In this document: positions 26,007 through 35,400 of the stretch, in pieces
Position numbering within the stretch: position 1 is the first letter of the stretch
Layout of the letters: each line of letters begins with the position of its first letter
DNA from: Candidatus Latescibacterota bacterium
GTDB taxonomy: Bacteria > Latescibacterota > UBA2968
Direction: 5' to 3'
NCBI GenBank assembly: GCA_965204745.1
Contig: OZ242010.1
Span: forward strand, 160,001-224,000
DNA length: 64,000 bases
Notes under the pieces: model-generated
What the model saw: only the letters and a program-made list of their open reading frames with translations
Database searches by the model: none
Told to the model about the DNA's origin: nothing
Position numbers and translations under genes: made by a program

Positions 26007-26636
26007 AAAACCCTCCTGAGAAATGATACGCTTGATGGTGTTCGACTCATAAGCCAAGCCACTCATGACCGCCAAGCCACCCAAAAAGTTGATCTTGCTT
26101 GAATGATCCAAGGGCATCGCATCGGTCTTGCGGATACACTGACGCAACCATGCCTCTGAATCCACCCCCACAGGAGGTTTCATCAACGGCGCGAAAGGAA
26201 GCAAGCCCGCCTGACCCCCTTCAAGAATGCTTTGCCCATCCACCTCACTCAGCCGAATCACCTTGTATTCCACAAAGATGAAATGGCCGGGAAGTTCTTG
26301 CGTGTAGCATCCTGGATCGTGCCGCCCGGCATTGCGCCGCAAGTAGATCACACAGGAATAGACCGGCAGGCCATACTGCGCGATAATGTAACCCATGTAA
26401 TTGATCATGCGGCGATTCATCGGGGTGCCCGTGCTGTCGGTGGTTTGAAATTCCGTGTGAACCAAGGCCTCCTGACCGTCAAGGCGCACGCGAATCAGAT
26501 TATCGCTTCGACGCAGGTGGGTTGTTCGGTTTCGAGCAGACCGTCAACTTCCACATCAACTCGTCCGAGGATGAATTGGACGAGGTCGGCTGGATAGTTT
26601 TGAATCAGGTTTGGAAATTGTATCGTACTCGGCCAT
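25704..26636 (-). pseudogene. Rpn/YhgA-like PD-(D/E)XK nuclease, disrupted by two frameshifts near the 5' end
   Basis: AGGAG RBS + ATG 26636; MAEYDTISK / LIQNYPADLVQF..ETEQPT / RRSDNLIRV..HTEFQT..RRMINY needs two frame changes; GLLPFAPLM and (GIEQ)n repeats follow. Confidence 0.8.
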
Positions 26637-26709
26637 GTGAATTCTCCTAAATAAAGTCACTTCAGGGCATCTGAAGTAACGGGTCAATGCCACTGGTTGG
26701 ACGAATAAA

Positions 26710-27612
26710 TCACTTCCCCAAGACCGCGTTGACGACGCCATGGTTTTCTTTGAGCAATGCACGGGCCGTTTCTATGGAGACGGCCCGTTTTGTCATGACG
26801 AGGGCGGTTTTGAGGTCGCCCTGTGCGAGGGCGAGGGCGCGGCGACTTTCTTCTGGCGTTAAGTCCGCGACGAGGCCCAAAATGCGTTGGGCGCGGTCCG
26901 CGAGTTTGTCGCAGGTGGGTGCGAGATCGACCATCAGGTTTTCATAGACCTTGCCCATGCGGATCATCGCGGTCGTGGTGATCATGTTGAGGACGAGTTT
27001 GGTCGCTGTGCCCGCTTTCATGCGCGTGGATCCGGCGATGACTTCCGGGCCGACGACCGGGGCGATAACGACATTTGCACACACCTCTCGATTGGGATTG
27101 CAAGTGAAAAACACGGTCTTCGCGCCGATGCGATAGGCGTAGTCGAGCGCGCCGAGCACAAAGGGCGTAACCCCACTCGCGGCAATGCCCATCACGACAT
27201 CATCAGCGGAACAGGCGCGGGCTTCAAGGGCGGCTCGTCCGGCTTCGGGCTGGTCTTCCGCGCCTTCTTGGGATCGGGTCAACGCGGGTGTGCCGCCTGC
27301 GATGATGCCGTGTACCAGGTCGGGTTGTACCCCATAAGTCGGCGGGCATTCAGCCGCGTCGAGCACGCCGAGGCGCCCGCTTGTGCCCGCGCCCACGTAA
27401 AAGAGCCGCCCGCCCTTTTGAAATGCTTTGACCACGAGATCCACGGCTTTGGCTATGTCGCCTATCGCGCCTTCAACCGCATGGGCGACTTTTTGGTCTT
27501 CGGCATTGATGATCCGAAGTGCATCCGCAGTCGAACACCGGTCGATGTAGGTGCTGTTGGGATTGCGCTGCTCCGTGAGCAACCCCGCCCATTTTGAGAT
27601 TGGATTATTCAT
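26710..27612 (-). CDS. murQ: N-acetylmuramic acid 6-phosphate etherase
   Basis: LTEQRNP, GAGTSGRLGVLDAAECPPTYG, GPEVIAGSTRMKAGTATKLVLN, GKVYENLMVD. Confidence 0.95.
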   Translation of the reverse strand: MNNPISKWAGLLTEQRNPNSTYIDRCSTADALRIINAEDQKVAHAVEGAIGDIAKAVDLVVKAFQKGGRLFYVGAGTSGRLGVLDAAECPPTYGVQPDLVHGIIAGGTPALTRSQEGAEDQPEAGRAALEARACSADDVVMGIAASGVTPFVLGALDYAYRIGAKTVFFTCNPNREVCANVVIAPVVGPEVIAGSTRMKAGTATKLVLNMITTTAMIRMGKVYENLMVDLAPTCDKLADRAQRILGLVADLTPEESRRALALAQGDLKTALVMTKRAVSIETARALLKENHGVVNAVLGK

Positions 27613-27711
27613 GAAATGCAACCACAGATAAACGCGGAGAGAAAGTTGAAGTATCCACTTTTTTTATCCATCAGAAGGAATCACAATTTTGGCGATTGTG
27701 AGCCAATAACC

Positions 27712-27950
27712 AATGTGTTGCTTGCTCATTTAAGGCGTTTGGTCCTACAGCCTCGTTGGTTGCCTCCGATGCCTTCGGCGACCTACTTTTTTTCAACAGC
27801 AAAAAAAGTAGGCGAGCGGGGTACAACTGCCCCAGCAGTTCAAAAATGCCGCTCTCAAACGCCGAGGGGCTTGCACAGCGCAAAGCGCTTTTGTAACAGA
27901 ACGATATGCGCCAGCCTGCAAAGTGGGTTGCATAATGGACGTTGGTTGCC
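27712..27950. repeat. Dispersed element family D (contains TACTTTTTT..AAAAAAAGTA hairpin)
   Basis: Homologous inverted copy at 38837-38996 plus 40173-40280, split by the IS5 element. Confidence 0.75.
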
Positions 27951-28100
27951 AATGGACTTGCGCGCTGTGCGTGATGGCTTGATCGGAGGAGTTTTGCGAG
28001 GGCACTTGTTGGGATGCCTTCTTTGAACTGCGGAACGTCAGGGCTTGATTTTCTCGATAAACCGCTCAAGCCCTACGGGTGATGGGCACGCCCTGCTTTT

Positions 28101-30836
28101 TCATTTTTCTCCATTCATGCGCCGAAGGGTTTGGCGCAGGGCGTCGATGCTGTGTCCGTAGTCGGAGAACGCGCCTGCGCGCAAGTGTTTTTGGGCCGTT
28201 TCAAATTGGCGATAGGCTTGGCGGGCGAGGGCCTCGAGGTCTTCGGGCAACTGTGCATCGGACGGTGGGGCGTCTGAGTTGGCGAAAACCCGGTCGAGCG
28301 CGTCGTCGAGGTCTTCGCCCATTGCCAAGCGATCCCCGTGAATCGCGAGCACGCGCTTGAGTTCGGGCATGCCGTGTTGGGACGCGCGCAAATAGAGCGG
28401 TTCGACGTAGATGAACGAATTGCGGATGGGAATGACCAGCAAATTGCCGCGGATCACATCCGAGCCGCGCTGGTCCCAAAGGGTGATCTCGCGGGAAATA
28501 TCCGTGTCTTGGTTGATGCGTTGTTCGATGAGCATCGGCCCGTAGATGAGTTTTTCCTTGGGCAATTTATAGACCACGAGTTGACCGTAATTCTCCCCGT
28601 CGCAGCGCGCGAAAATCCAGCCGATCATGTTGGGCTTGTTCGACGGCGTGGCCGGCAACATGAGGATGTATTCCTCGCGCTCCTCACCGGGCAAGCGCGC
28701 CATCACGTAATACGGGCGCATGCGAATGGGGCGGTCCATCGTGCCGTAGTATTCCGTGGGGATTTCCCAAACGTCTTCGCGGTTGTAGAACACGATAGGC
28801 GTGGTCATGTGATACGTGTTGTAGAGCGACGCCTGAATGTCGAACAGGTCGAGGGGATAGCGCAGGTGGGCGCGCAGGGACGGACGGATTTCATCCGCGG
28901 ATTTGAACAGGTCCGGGAAAATCGCCATGTACGTCTCGAGCAACGGGTCGGTCGGATCCCAGGCGTAAAAGGTGACGCTACCATGGTACGCGTCCAACAC
29001 CACTTTGACCGAATTGCGGATGTAATTCATCTCCCGCACGTAAGGCCGGCCATAAGGCATGGAATAGGGGAACATGTTGGAGACCGTATAGGCGTCCTGA
29101 ATCCACACCAAGCGTTGGTCGACTAAGGCGAGATAGGGGTCGCTGTCAAAGTGGAGAAACGGGGCGATTTTGTCAAAGCGGCGCGGCGCGGTTTCGCCAA
29201 AGCGCGTGCCGATGTGCCGGTCGAAGATGATGCGGCTCTGCGCCGTAATCGCGTCGGTAAAGAGGATGAAGGGATCCGCAAAGCGCAGGGCAAAGCCGAG
29301 GCGCGTCAAAAACCCGCCCATGGGCACGCCGCCGCGCCCTTTGTACGTGGTGTAAATATTTTCGTCGCCTTTGGGATAGTCGAACTCCGGGGTGTTGGTC
29401 TGCACGATGACGTAGTCGCGCATGTCCTCCCCGTAGTAGAGTTCCGGGCGGGCGACGACGAGGCCGGGCGACGTGGCGGGCGGGATGTCCTTGAGCAGAA
29501 ACCCGGGCAGGCCCTCGGCCGCGATCTCATTGGCCGGGCTCATCACCAGCCCGTACCCGTGCGTGTACACGAGGTGGCGATTGACCCACGTATCCCCGGG
29601 CAAATCGCGCGGGTTTCGGGCGAGTTCGCGTGCGGCCAGCATGACCTGCCGATACGCCCCGTCAATGCGATACCGGTCCACATCCACACTGCGGAATTTG
29701 TAGTAGGAGCGGATCTCCTGAATCTGCGAGTACGTGTCCATCAAGGGCCGGCGATCCCACAGGGGAATGCTTTGGATGGTGGCCTGATTGGTTTCGATAT
29801 CGCTCGCCGTGAGGTCCGATTCCCCGGGAAAGGGCACTTCCTCGATTTTGTCCAGCGCGTACGCCGTGCGCGTGTAGTCGATGGCGTGTCGGATATACGG
29901 GGCTTCGCGGTCAAATTCATTGGCTCGCACGACCACGAGTTCAAACGCCATGGGGACGAACCAACTCAGAACGACGAGCGCGCCGAGGTAGGCCGCCGCG
30001 CCAAACCCGGGGATTTTCCAAGTGCGGACGCGCGCGTTGTAGGCGAGCGACAAGGCGAGTGCGACAAGGCCGACGAGCATGGCGCGATAGGCCAGTATTT
30101 GAATGTTGAGGTCCGTATAGCCCGCGCCGAAAAAGGCTTCTTTGCGAGAGGAATAGAGCAGTTCGTATTCCTTCAGCCAATAGCCCCACGCGAGCAACAA
30201 GGCGATTCCCGCAGCGAGAATCGAGACATGGGCGCGCACATGCGGGATCGTGATCCAGCGTTTGTCGTCATACCGAATCGCGCGGTCTCGGTGATAGGAT
30301 ACCACAGTGGCAATGCCCGTGACGATCAAGGCGGCGATGAGCCAGCCCTGCAAAAAATTGTACAGGGGCAGGCGGAACGCGTAAAACGCGATGTCCCGCC
30401 CAAAGATGGGATCCGCCAAGCCAAAGCTGGAGGGATGCGCGTATTTGAGGACGACGATCCAGGACGAGGTGCCCGCAACGCCCATAAAAAAGGACAACAG
30501 CGCGATAATGCCGATCCACGCATATTGTTGCCTGCGGGCGTGATCCGGAGGCATGGCAACATCGCCATCGATGACGACCTGTAGCGCCATGATGCGCGTG
30601 GGCTGTCCGTAATACCGCGCTGCAAAAATACTCACGCCGCAGATCAGGGCAAACGCGCTGCCAAATGCGAACAAGACGAGGGTCTTGGTGCGGATGATCG
30701 TGACAAAGGTATCGCGGAACCCGAGTTCTGAAAACCAGAGGTAATCGGTTGAAACCACCGCGACCAGCCTGAGCACGACAAAAACAGCGAGCACGGCAAA
30801 ACAAGAGATGAGGAGGATGAAGGCGCGTTTTGACAT
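28101..30836 (-). CDS. UPF0182 family membrane protein
   Basis: DYLWFSELGF, DPIFGRDIAFYAFRLP, GAGYTD, QEIRSYYKF..VDVDRY, HLVYTHGYG, NYIRNSVK, RGNLLVIP, YVEPLY. Confidence 0.95.
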   Translation of the reverse strand: MSKRAFILLISCFAVLAVFVVLRLVAVVSTDYLWFSELGFRDTFVTIIRTKTLVLFAFGSAFALICGVSIFAARYYGQPTRIMALQVVIDGDVAMPPDHARRQQYAWIGIIALLSFFMGVAGTSSWIVVLKYAHPSSFGLADPIFGRDIAFYAFRLPLYNFLQGWLIAALIVTGIATVVSYHRDRAIRYDDKRWITIPHVRAHVSILAAGIALLLAWGYWLKEYELLYSSRKEAFFGAGYTDLNIQILAYRAMLVGLVALALSLAYNARVRTWKIPGFGAAAYLGALVVLSWFVPMAFELVVVRANEFDREAPYIRHAIDYTRTAYALDKIEEVPFPGESDLTASDIETNQATIQSIPLWDRRPLMDTYSQIQEIRSYYKFRSVDVDRYRIDGAYRQVMLAARELARNPRDLPGDTWVNRHLVYTHGYGLVMSPANEIAAEGLPGFLLKDIPPATSPGLVVARPELYYGEDMRDYVIVQTNTPEFDYPKGDENIYTTYKGRGGVPMGGFLTRLGFALRFADPFILFTDAITAQSRIIFDRHIGTRFGETAPRRFDKIAPFLHFDSDPYLALVDQRLVWIQDAYTVSNMFPYSMPYGRPYVREMNYIRNSVKVVLDAYHGSVTFYAWDPTDPLLETYMAIFPDLFKSADEIRPSLRAHLRYPLDLFDIQASLYNTYHMTTPIVFYNREDVWEIPTEYYGTMDRPIRMRPYYVMARLPGEEREEYILMLPATPSNKPNMIGWIFARCDGENYGQLVVYKLPKEKLIYGPMLIEQRINQDTDISREITLWDQRGSDVIRGNLLVIPIRNSFIYVEPLYLRASQHGMPELKRVLAIHGDRLAMGEDLDDALDRVFANSDAPPSDAQLPEDLEALARQAYRQFETAQKHLRAGAFSDYGHSIDALRQTLRRMNGEK

Positions 30837-30880
30837 GGGGATTTCCAGAGAAAAGCAACCACAGATGAACTTTGCGCGAG

Positions 30881-31172
30881 GGGACCTATCCCCCGGCCCC
30901 TTTCCTAAAAGGAAAGGAGAGTAAAATTCCTTTGATGGCTTCTAGCTACGGTTGCTCTGATGGCGTGGCGCGAGGGGACCTATCCCCCGGCCCCTTTCCT
31001 ACGAGGAAAGGGGAGTAAAGTGCCTTTGATGGCTTATCAATGGCTACTCTGGTGGCGTTGCGCGAGGGCATAAAGCGATTAAAAAACCGCTCGCCATTCC
31101 CCCCTTCCTCACAGGCACAGGCGTAGCCTACAACGAAGCGTAGCGAGTAACGGGGCCAGGGGGGTAGGTCCC
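30881..31172. mobile_element. MITE-like family A: partial tandem copy (30881-30972) plus full copy (30975-31172)
   Basis: Terminal inverted repeats GGGACCTATCCCCCGGCCCC / GGGGCCAGGGGGGTAGGTCCC; internal CCCCTTTCCT-N-AGGAAAGGGG hairpin; 94-bp tandem duplication. Confidence 0.75.
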
Positions 31173-31376
31173 GATAGGAAGTAGGTCTAAAGTACAAGAA
31201 ACAAATGGGTTGAACAACATTTTTGTCTGCGCGACTTCCGCAGCGACGTACGCATGTTGCTCGTTGCCCAATTTTTTCTTGCCGTGTGTAATGATACCGC
31301 CTAAATTGATGCGTTGTTCGTCGGGTAGTTGAGAGATCGCATCGCTTGTACGCAAAAAATGAAGTGAGACGAGAAC

Positions 31377-32741
31377 ATGGACACCATCCAACCATTGCAG
31401 ACGCCGCGCACCAAACCGCCTGTGGCGCATAAGGACCTCGCGCATCGCGCATTGCGCCGAGACGAATTTTGGCGGCGCGTGCCCGGGTTTAAGCACATCG
31501 ATGCGCGCACCTTTCACTCGCATGAGTTTCAGGCGCGGCATTCGATCACCAATGTGGGCAAGTTGCAGGCGGCTATTGGCGAACTCGCGTCTGACGCTTT
31601 TTACCGAGAGGTCGCGGCGGGCTTGCAACACGCGCCGATGAGCGTGCGAATTTCGCCGTACATCTTGAGCTTGATCAACTGGGACGATCCGTATGGCGAT
31701 CCGCTTCGCAAACAGTTTTTGTCTCTGCGCGGCGAGCAACGCCCCGATCACCCGGAATTGCTCCTCGATTCGCTCAATGAATTGGGAGACGCGCCCGTCG
31801 CGGGCTTGACGCATCGCTATCCGGATCGCGTGTTATTTCTCGTGTTGGACACCTGCCCGGTGTATTGCCGGTTTTGCACGCGAAGCTATGCGGTGGGGTT
31901 GGATACAGAGGATGTCGAAAAGGTGAAGTTGCGGGTCAATCGGGCGCGGTGGGACGACGCGATAGGGTATATTCAATCGCGCATCGAGGTCGAAGATGTG
32001 GTGGTCAGCGGGGGTGACGTGTATCAACTCAAAGCCGATCAGTTGGCGGAATTGGGCAACCGCCTGTTGGATATCGACCACATTCGCCGGTTTCGGTTTG
32101 CCACAAAAGGCCCGGCCGTGATGCCGCAAAAACTCGTCACCGATGACGCCTGGGTCGATGCCCTAACCCGCGTGGTGGATCGCGGGCGCGCCATGCACAA
32201 AGACGTGGTTTTGCACACGCATTTCAATCACCCCGCGGAAATCACGGGCATCACGCAAGATGGGCTCAATCGGTTGCTGTCGCGCGGGATCACGATCCGC
32301 AACCAAGCCGTGTTGCAACGCGGCGTGAATGACGACACAGAGACCATGACGCTCTTGGTCAAGCGGCTGAGTTATCTCAACGTGCAACCCTATTACGTGT
32401 TTTTTCACGATCTCGTAAGCGGGGTCGAGGATTTACGCACCACCCTCGGCGATGGCCTCGCCCTTGAAAAAGCCATCCGCGGCGTCACGTCCGGGTTTAA
32501 CATGCCCACGTTCATCGTAGATACCCTAGGCGGCGGCGGGAAGCGAGACGCGCATTCCTACGAGTATTACAACCGGGAAACCGGGATCGCCGTTTATATC
32601 AGTCCCGTAGTCAAGCCCGACGCATTCTTTTTGTATTTTGATCCGCTTTGGCGATTGAGCGCAGACGTGCAAGCGCGATGGCAGGATGAGGCGGAGCGAG
32701 AGAAGATGAAGGCAGAAGCGATAAAAGCGGCGGGAAGGTGA
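31377..32741 (+). CDS. KamA family radical SAM aminomutase (lysine/arginine 2,3-aminomutase-like)
   Basis: LTHRYPDRVL, CPVYCRFC, SGGD, HTHFNHP, NQAVLQRGVND, PYY, GGGGK (PLP lysine). Confidence 0.9.
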   Translation: MDTIQPLQTPRTKPPVAHKDLAHRALRRDEFWRRVPGFKHIDARTFHSHEFQARHSITNVGKLQAAIGELASDAFYREVAAGLQHAPMSVRISPYILSLINWDDPYGDPLRKQFLSLRGEQRPDHPELLLDSLNELGDAPVAGLTHRYPDRVLFLVLDTCPVYCRFCTRSYAVGLDTEDVEKVKLRVNRARWDDAIGYIQSRIEVEDVVVSGGDVYQLKADQLAELGNRLLDIDHIRRFRFATKGPAVMPQKLVTDDAWVDALTRVVDRGRAMHKDVVLHTHFNHPAEITGITQDGLNRLLSRGITIRNQAVLQRGVNDDTETMTLLVKRLSYLNVQPYYVFFHDLVSGVEDLRTTLGDGLALEKAIRGVTSGFNMPTFIVDTLGGGGKRDAHSYEYYNRETGIAVYISPVVKPDAFFLYFDPLWRLSADVQARWQDEAEREKMKAEAIKAAGR

Positions 32742-32753
32742 GAGGCAAAAGGC

Positions 32754-32865
32754 GTGAGAGGTAAGAGGTAAGACGTAAGACGTAAGACGTAAGACGTAAG
32801 ACGTAAGACGTAAGACGTAAGACGTAAGACGTAAGACGTAAGACGTAAGACGTAAGACGTGAGAC
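32754..32865. repeat. Heptameric tandem repeat, (GTAAGAC)x13 with variant flanking units
   Basis: 13 perfect copies at 32768-32858. Confidence 0.97.
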
Positions 32866-32929
32866 GGTCACCGCGCTGTCTCTCTCGAGTTGTCAGTTGT
32901 CAGTCCGCCCTCAACACAGGAGAAATGTC

Positions 32930-33514
32930 ATGGAAATCACCGTTACAGATGTCGCGCAAACGGAAATTGCCCGCTTGATGCACGAGCAAGAGCAGGTGAT
33001 TACGGGCGTGCGGATCGCCGCCGAGGCCACATCGCCCTTGCAGGCCAATTACCGCCTCGCCTTTGTCGCCGAAGGGCAGGATACGGACCGCGACACCGCG
33101 GTTCCATTCGATGGGTTCAACATTTACATCGACGAAGACAGCGTGCCTTATGCCCAAGACATCACGCTCGATTTTGTCGATGGCCTGATGGGGCGCGGCT
33201 TCAAAATTGACAACCCGCACAAAGTGCCGCCGCACCTCAAGGGTAGCGTGGCTGAAAAAATCCAACTGGTCATCGACGAAAAAATCAACCCGAGCATCGC
33301 CGCACATGGCGGGCATGTGGCATTGGTCGATGTGAAGGAAGACACGGCCTTTCTGCAATTTGGCGGCGGATGCCAGGGTTGCGGGATGGTCGACGTCACC
33401 CTCAAACAAGGCGTGGAAGTCATGATCAAAGAAGCCGTGCCCGAAATCGCGAGCGTCCGCGACATCACGGACCACGCCGAAGGCACAAACCCGTATTACC
33501 AGACGACGCAATAA
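32930..33514 (+). CDS. nfuA: Fe/S biogenesis protein NfuA (degenerate A-type carrier + Nfu domain)
   Basis: AGGAG RBS; GFKIDNP; INPSIAAHGG..FGGGCQGC..TLKQGVE..DITDHAEGTNPYY. Confidence 0.9.
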   Translation: MEITVTDVAQTEIARLMHEQEQVITGVRIAAEATSPLQANYRLAFVAEGQDTDRDTAVPFDGFNIYIDEDSVPYAQDITLDFVDGLMGRGFKIDNPHKVPPHLKGSVAEKIQLVIDEKINPSIAAHGGHVALVDVKEDTAFLQFGGGCQGCGMVDVTLKQGVEVMIKEAVPEIASVRDITDHAEGTNPYYQTTQ

Positions 33515-33540
33515 CAGCCGAATGATTGCCCCTACGCACA

Positions 33541-33580
33541 AGCACCCGATTCTCGCCTGCGGAATCGGGTGCTCTGTTAT
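33541..33580 (+). terminator. Hairpin after nfuA
   Basis: 12-bp perfect stem AGCACCCGATTC / GAATCGGGTGCT; weak U tail. Confidence 0.55.
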
Positions 33581-33657
33581 TAGACCCCGTCTTAATTTTC
33601 CTCCATTATATTTTTTCGCAGTTGTGTATATTTTGGGTTGGGATAGGAGAATAGGGC

Positions 33658-34032
33658 ATGAAAGTCACGAATTACTTCGTCACCGTGCTACTCGAAAAAC
33701 ACCCTGAGACCCTGCGAAATTTACGGGCGATTATCGATGCCGTAGATAGTGGAAAAATGGAAGGTTACGAAGTGGAATCTTCGGGGCGCATTCGCCGATG
33801 GGTGTATATTCCCGATGCAAAAAAATATTTTCGACTCGTCTTTCTGCCCGATCAAAAAACCGTCTTGAATGCCTTTCCAGATGCCGATACAAAAGGAGTA
33901 AATGATGAAAAAACCATTTATGTATTTCCCCGACTCGGACACGTTGGAAATCACGTTGGCCCATGGCCCGGTATCCAAAACCGAAAACGCAGGCATCGAT
34001 GGGGAACACGACAATATCCTCTTTTCTTATGA
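33658..34032 (+). CDS. Putative RelE/BrnT-like toxin of DUF2283 pairs, probably frameshifted near 33876
   Basis: SGRIRRWVYI..KYFRLVFLPD.KTVLNAFPD resembles the small partner of DUF2283 proteins; 131-nt overlap with next gene. Confidence 0.6.
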   Translation: MKVTNYFVTVLLEKHPETLRNLRAIIDAVDSGKMEGYEVESSGRIRRWVYIPDAKKYFRLVFLPDQKTVLNAFPDADTKGVNDEKTIYVFPRLGHVGNHVGPWPGIQNRKRRHRWGTRQYPLFL

Positions 34033-34360
34033 CGATCAGGGTCGGATCGTATCCATTACAATTGACGCGGCGACTCAGGCTGTGAATTTGTCGGACATCA
34101 CCCGGAATAAAGAGAACGCGATTGCGGGACAGGCTTCAGAAATTTTCACGGTATCGAGTCTGGCAAAATTGTGGAATATCTCCCCGCGCACCATTCAAAA
34201 AACCGTCCGATCCATGTTGGAAGCGGGCATCGCGGTTGGCGTCCAAAACAGTGGGCATATTGTGTTGACAGAAGCAGACGCCCACAAAATTGACCAATGG
34301 CGAAAAAAACATCCTCGTGACCGTCCAAAACGGTCGCACGCGTCGGAAGAAAAAAAATAA
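33902..34360 (+). CDS. DUF2283 antitoxin-like protein with C-terminal HTH
   Basis: YFPDSDTLEI..ILFSYDDQGRIVSITI..A; then FTVSSLAKLWNISPRTIQK; AAGGAG RBS. Confidence 0.7.
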   Translation: MMKKPFMYFPDSDTLEITLAHGPVSKTENAGIDGEHDNILFSYDDQGRIVSITIDAATQAVNLSDITRNKENAIAGQASEIFTVSSLAKLWNISPRTIQKTVRSMLEAGIAVGVQNSGHIVLTEADAHKIDQWRKKHPRDRPKRSHASEEKK

Positions 34361-34399
34361 AAGGATGAGATATTCCCCGCTTTGGATTGCACCCCTCCC

Positions 34400-35377
34400 A
34401 TGTCCCACATCATCGTTGAAAATCTGACCAAAACCTTTCACATCGCCCAGCGGCAACCCGGGGTTTGGGGGGCGTTGCGCGGGGTCGTGCGGCGCACGTA
34501 TCGCCAGATCGCGGCCTTGGACGGGATCTCGTTTGCGATAGCGCCCGGGGAACTCGTGGGGTATATCGGGCCGAATGGCGCGGGGAAATCCACCACGGTC
34601 AAAGTCTTGTCCGGCATTCTCGTGCCGGATGCGGGGCGGTGTGAAATCCTCGGGCGCGTTCCGTGGAAAGAGCGCGTCGCGCATGTGGCGCAAATCGGCG
34701 TGGTCTTTGGGCAGCGCACGCAACTGTGGTGGGATTTGCCGGTCATGGAATCCTTTGACTTGTTGCGCGACATCTACCGAGTTGACCCGCGCCACTACGG
34801 GCAAACCCGCGATGAATTGATCGCCCTGCTCGCCCTCGAAGACCTCCTCGACATCCCGGTGCGCCAACTCAGTTTGGGGCAACGCACGCGCTGCGACCTG
34901 GCCGCGGCCCTCATCCATCGCCCGGCCATCCTGTTTTTGGACGAACCCACAATTGGCTTGGACGCAGTCGCCAAACTCGCGGTGCGCGACTTTGTCAAAC
35001 GCCTCAACCGGGAACGCGACATCACGGTCATCCTCACCACGCACGACATGGACGACATCGAAGCCCTTTGCACGCGGGTCATGGTCATCGCACAGGGGCA
35101 TATCTTGTCCGATGGCGCGTTGGAAGACCTCCGCGACCGGGTCACAAAAGAGCGGCGCCTCATCGTCGATCTCGAAGGCGCGGGGGACATCGCGGACCCG
35201 GACGCTCGCGTGGTCTTGCGAGACGGGCAGCGCGTGCATCTCGCGTTTGACCCGGACCGCATCGCCACCGCGGCATTGATCGCCCGCATCACAGCGCGGC
35301 ATCCGGTGCGCGATCTCTTTGTCGAAAACACACCTATCGAAGAAATCATCTCGCGCCTCTACGCCGAGAACCAATAG
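34400..35377 (+). CDS. ABC transporter ATP-binding protein (DUF990-associated exporter type)
   Basis: GPNGAGKSTT, VFGQRTQLWWDLP, LSLGQR, LFLDEPTIGLD, LTTHDM. Confidence 0.93.
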   Translation: MSHIIVENLTKTFHIAQRQPGVWGALRGVVRRTYRQIAALDGISFAIAPGELVGYIGPNGAGKSTTVKVLSGILVPDAGRCEILGRVPWKERVAHVAQIGVVFGQRTQLWWDLPVMESFDLLRDIYRVDPRHYGQTRDELIALLALEDLLDIPVRQLSLGQRTRCDLAAALIHRPAILFLDEPTIGLDAVAKLAVRDFVKRLNRERDITVILTTHDMDDIEALCTRVMVIAQGHILSDGALEDLRDRVTKERRLIVDLEGAGDIADPDARVVLRDGQRVHLAFDPDRIATAALIARITARHPVRDLFVENTPIEEIISRLYAENQ

Positions 35378-35400
35378 CCACAAAGCCGAAGAGAAACCGC

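Noticed and set aside
27619-27634. GCAACCACAGATRAAC upstream of murQ and UPF0182 (30856-30870) as a shared operator
   Set aside because: Only two non-palindromic copies; more likely a remnant of a short dispersed repeat.
27616-28069. ORFs over repeat families A-D (also 23580-24002, 30946-31452, 44685-44975, 53526-53965, 58012-58561)
   Set aside because: Translations of non-coding dispersed repeats.
32768-32858. Possible CRISPR array here and at 688-799, 63477-63581 and 251-500
   Set aside because: Simple tandem repeats without unique spacers; no cas genes.
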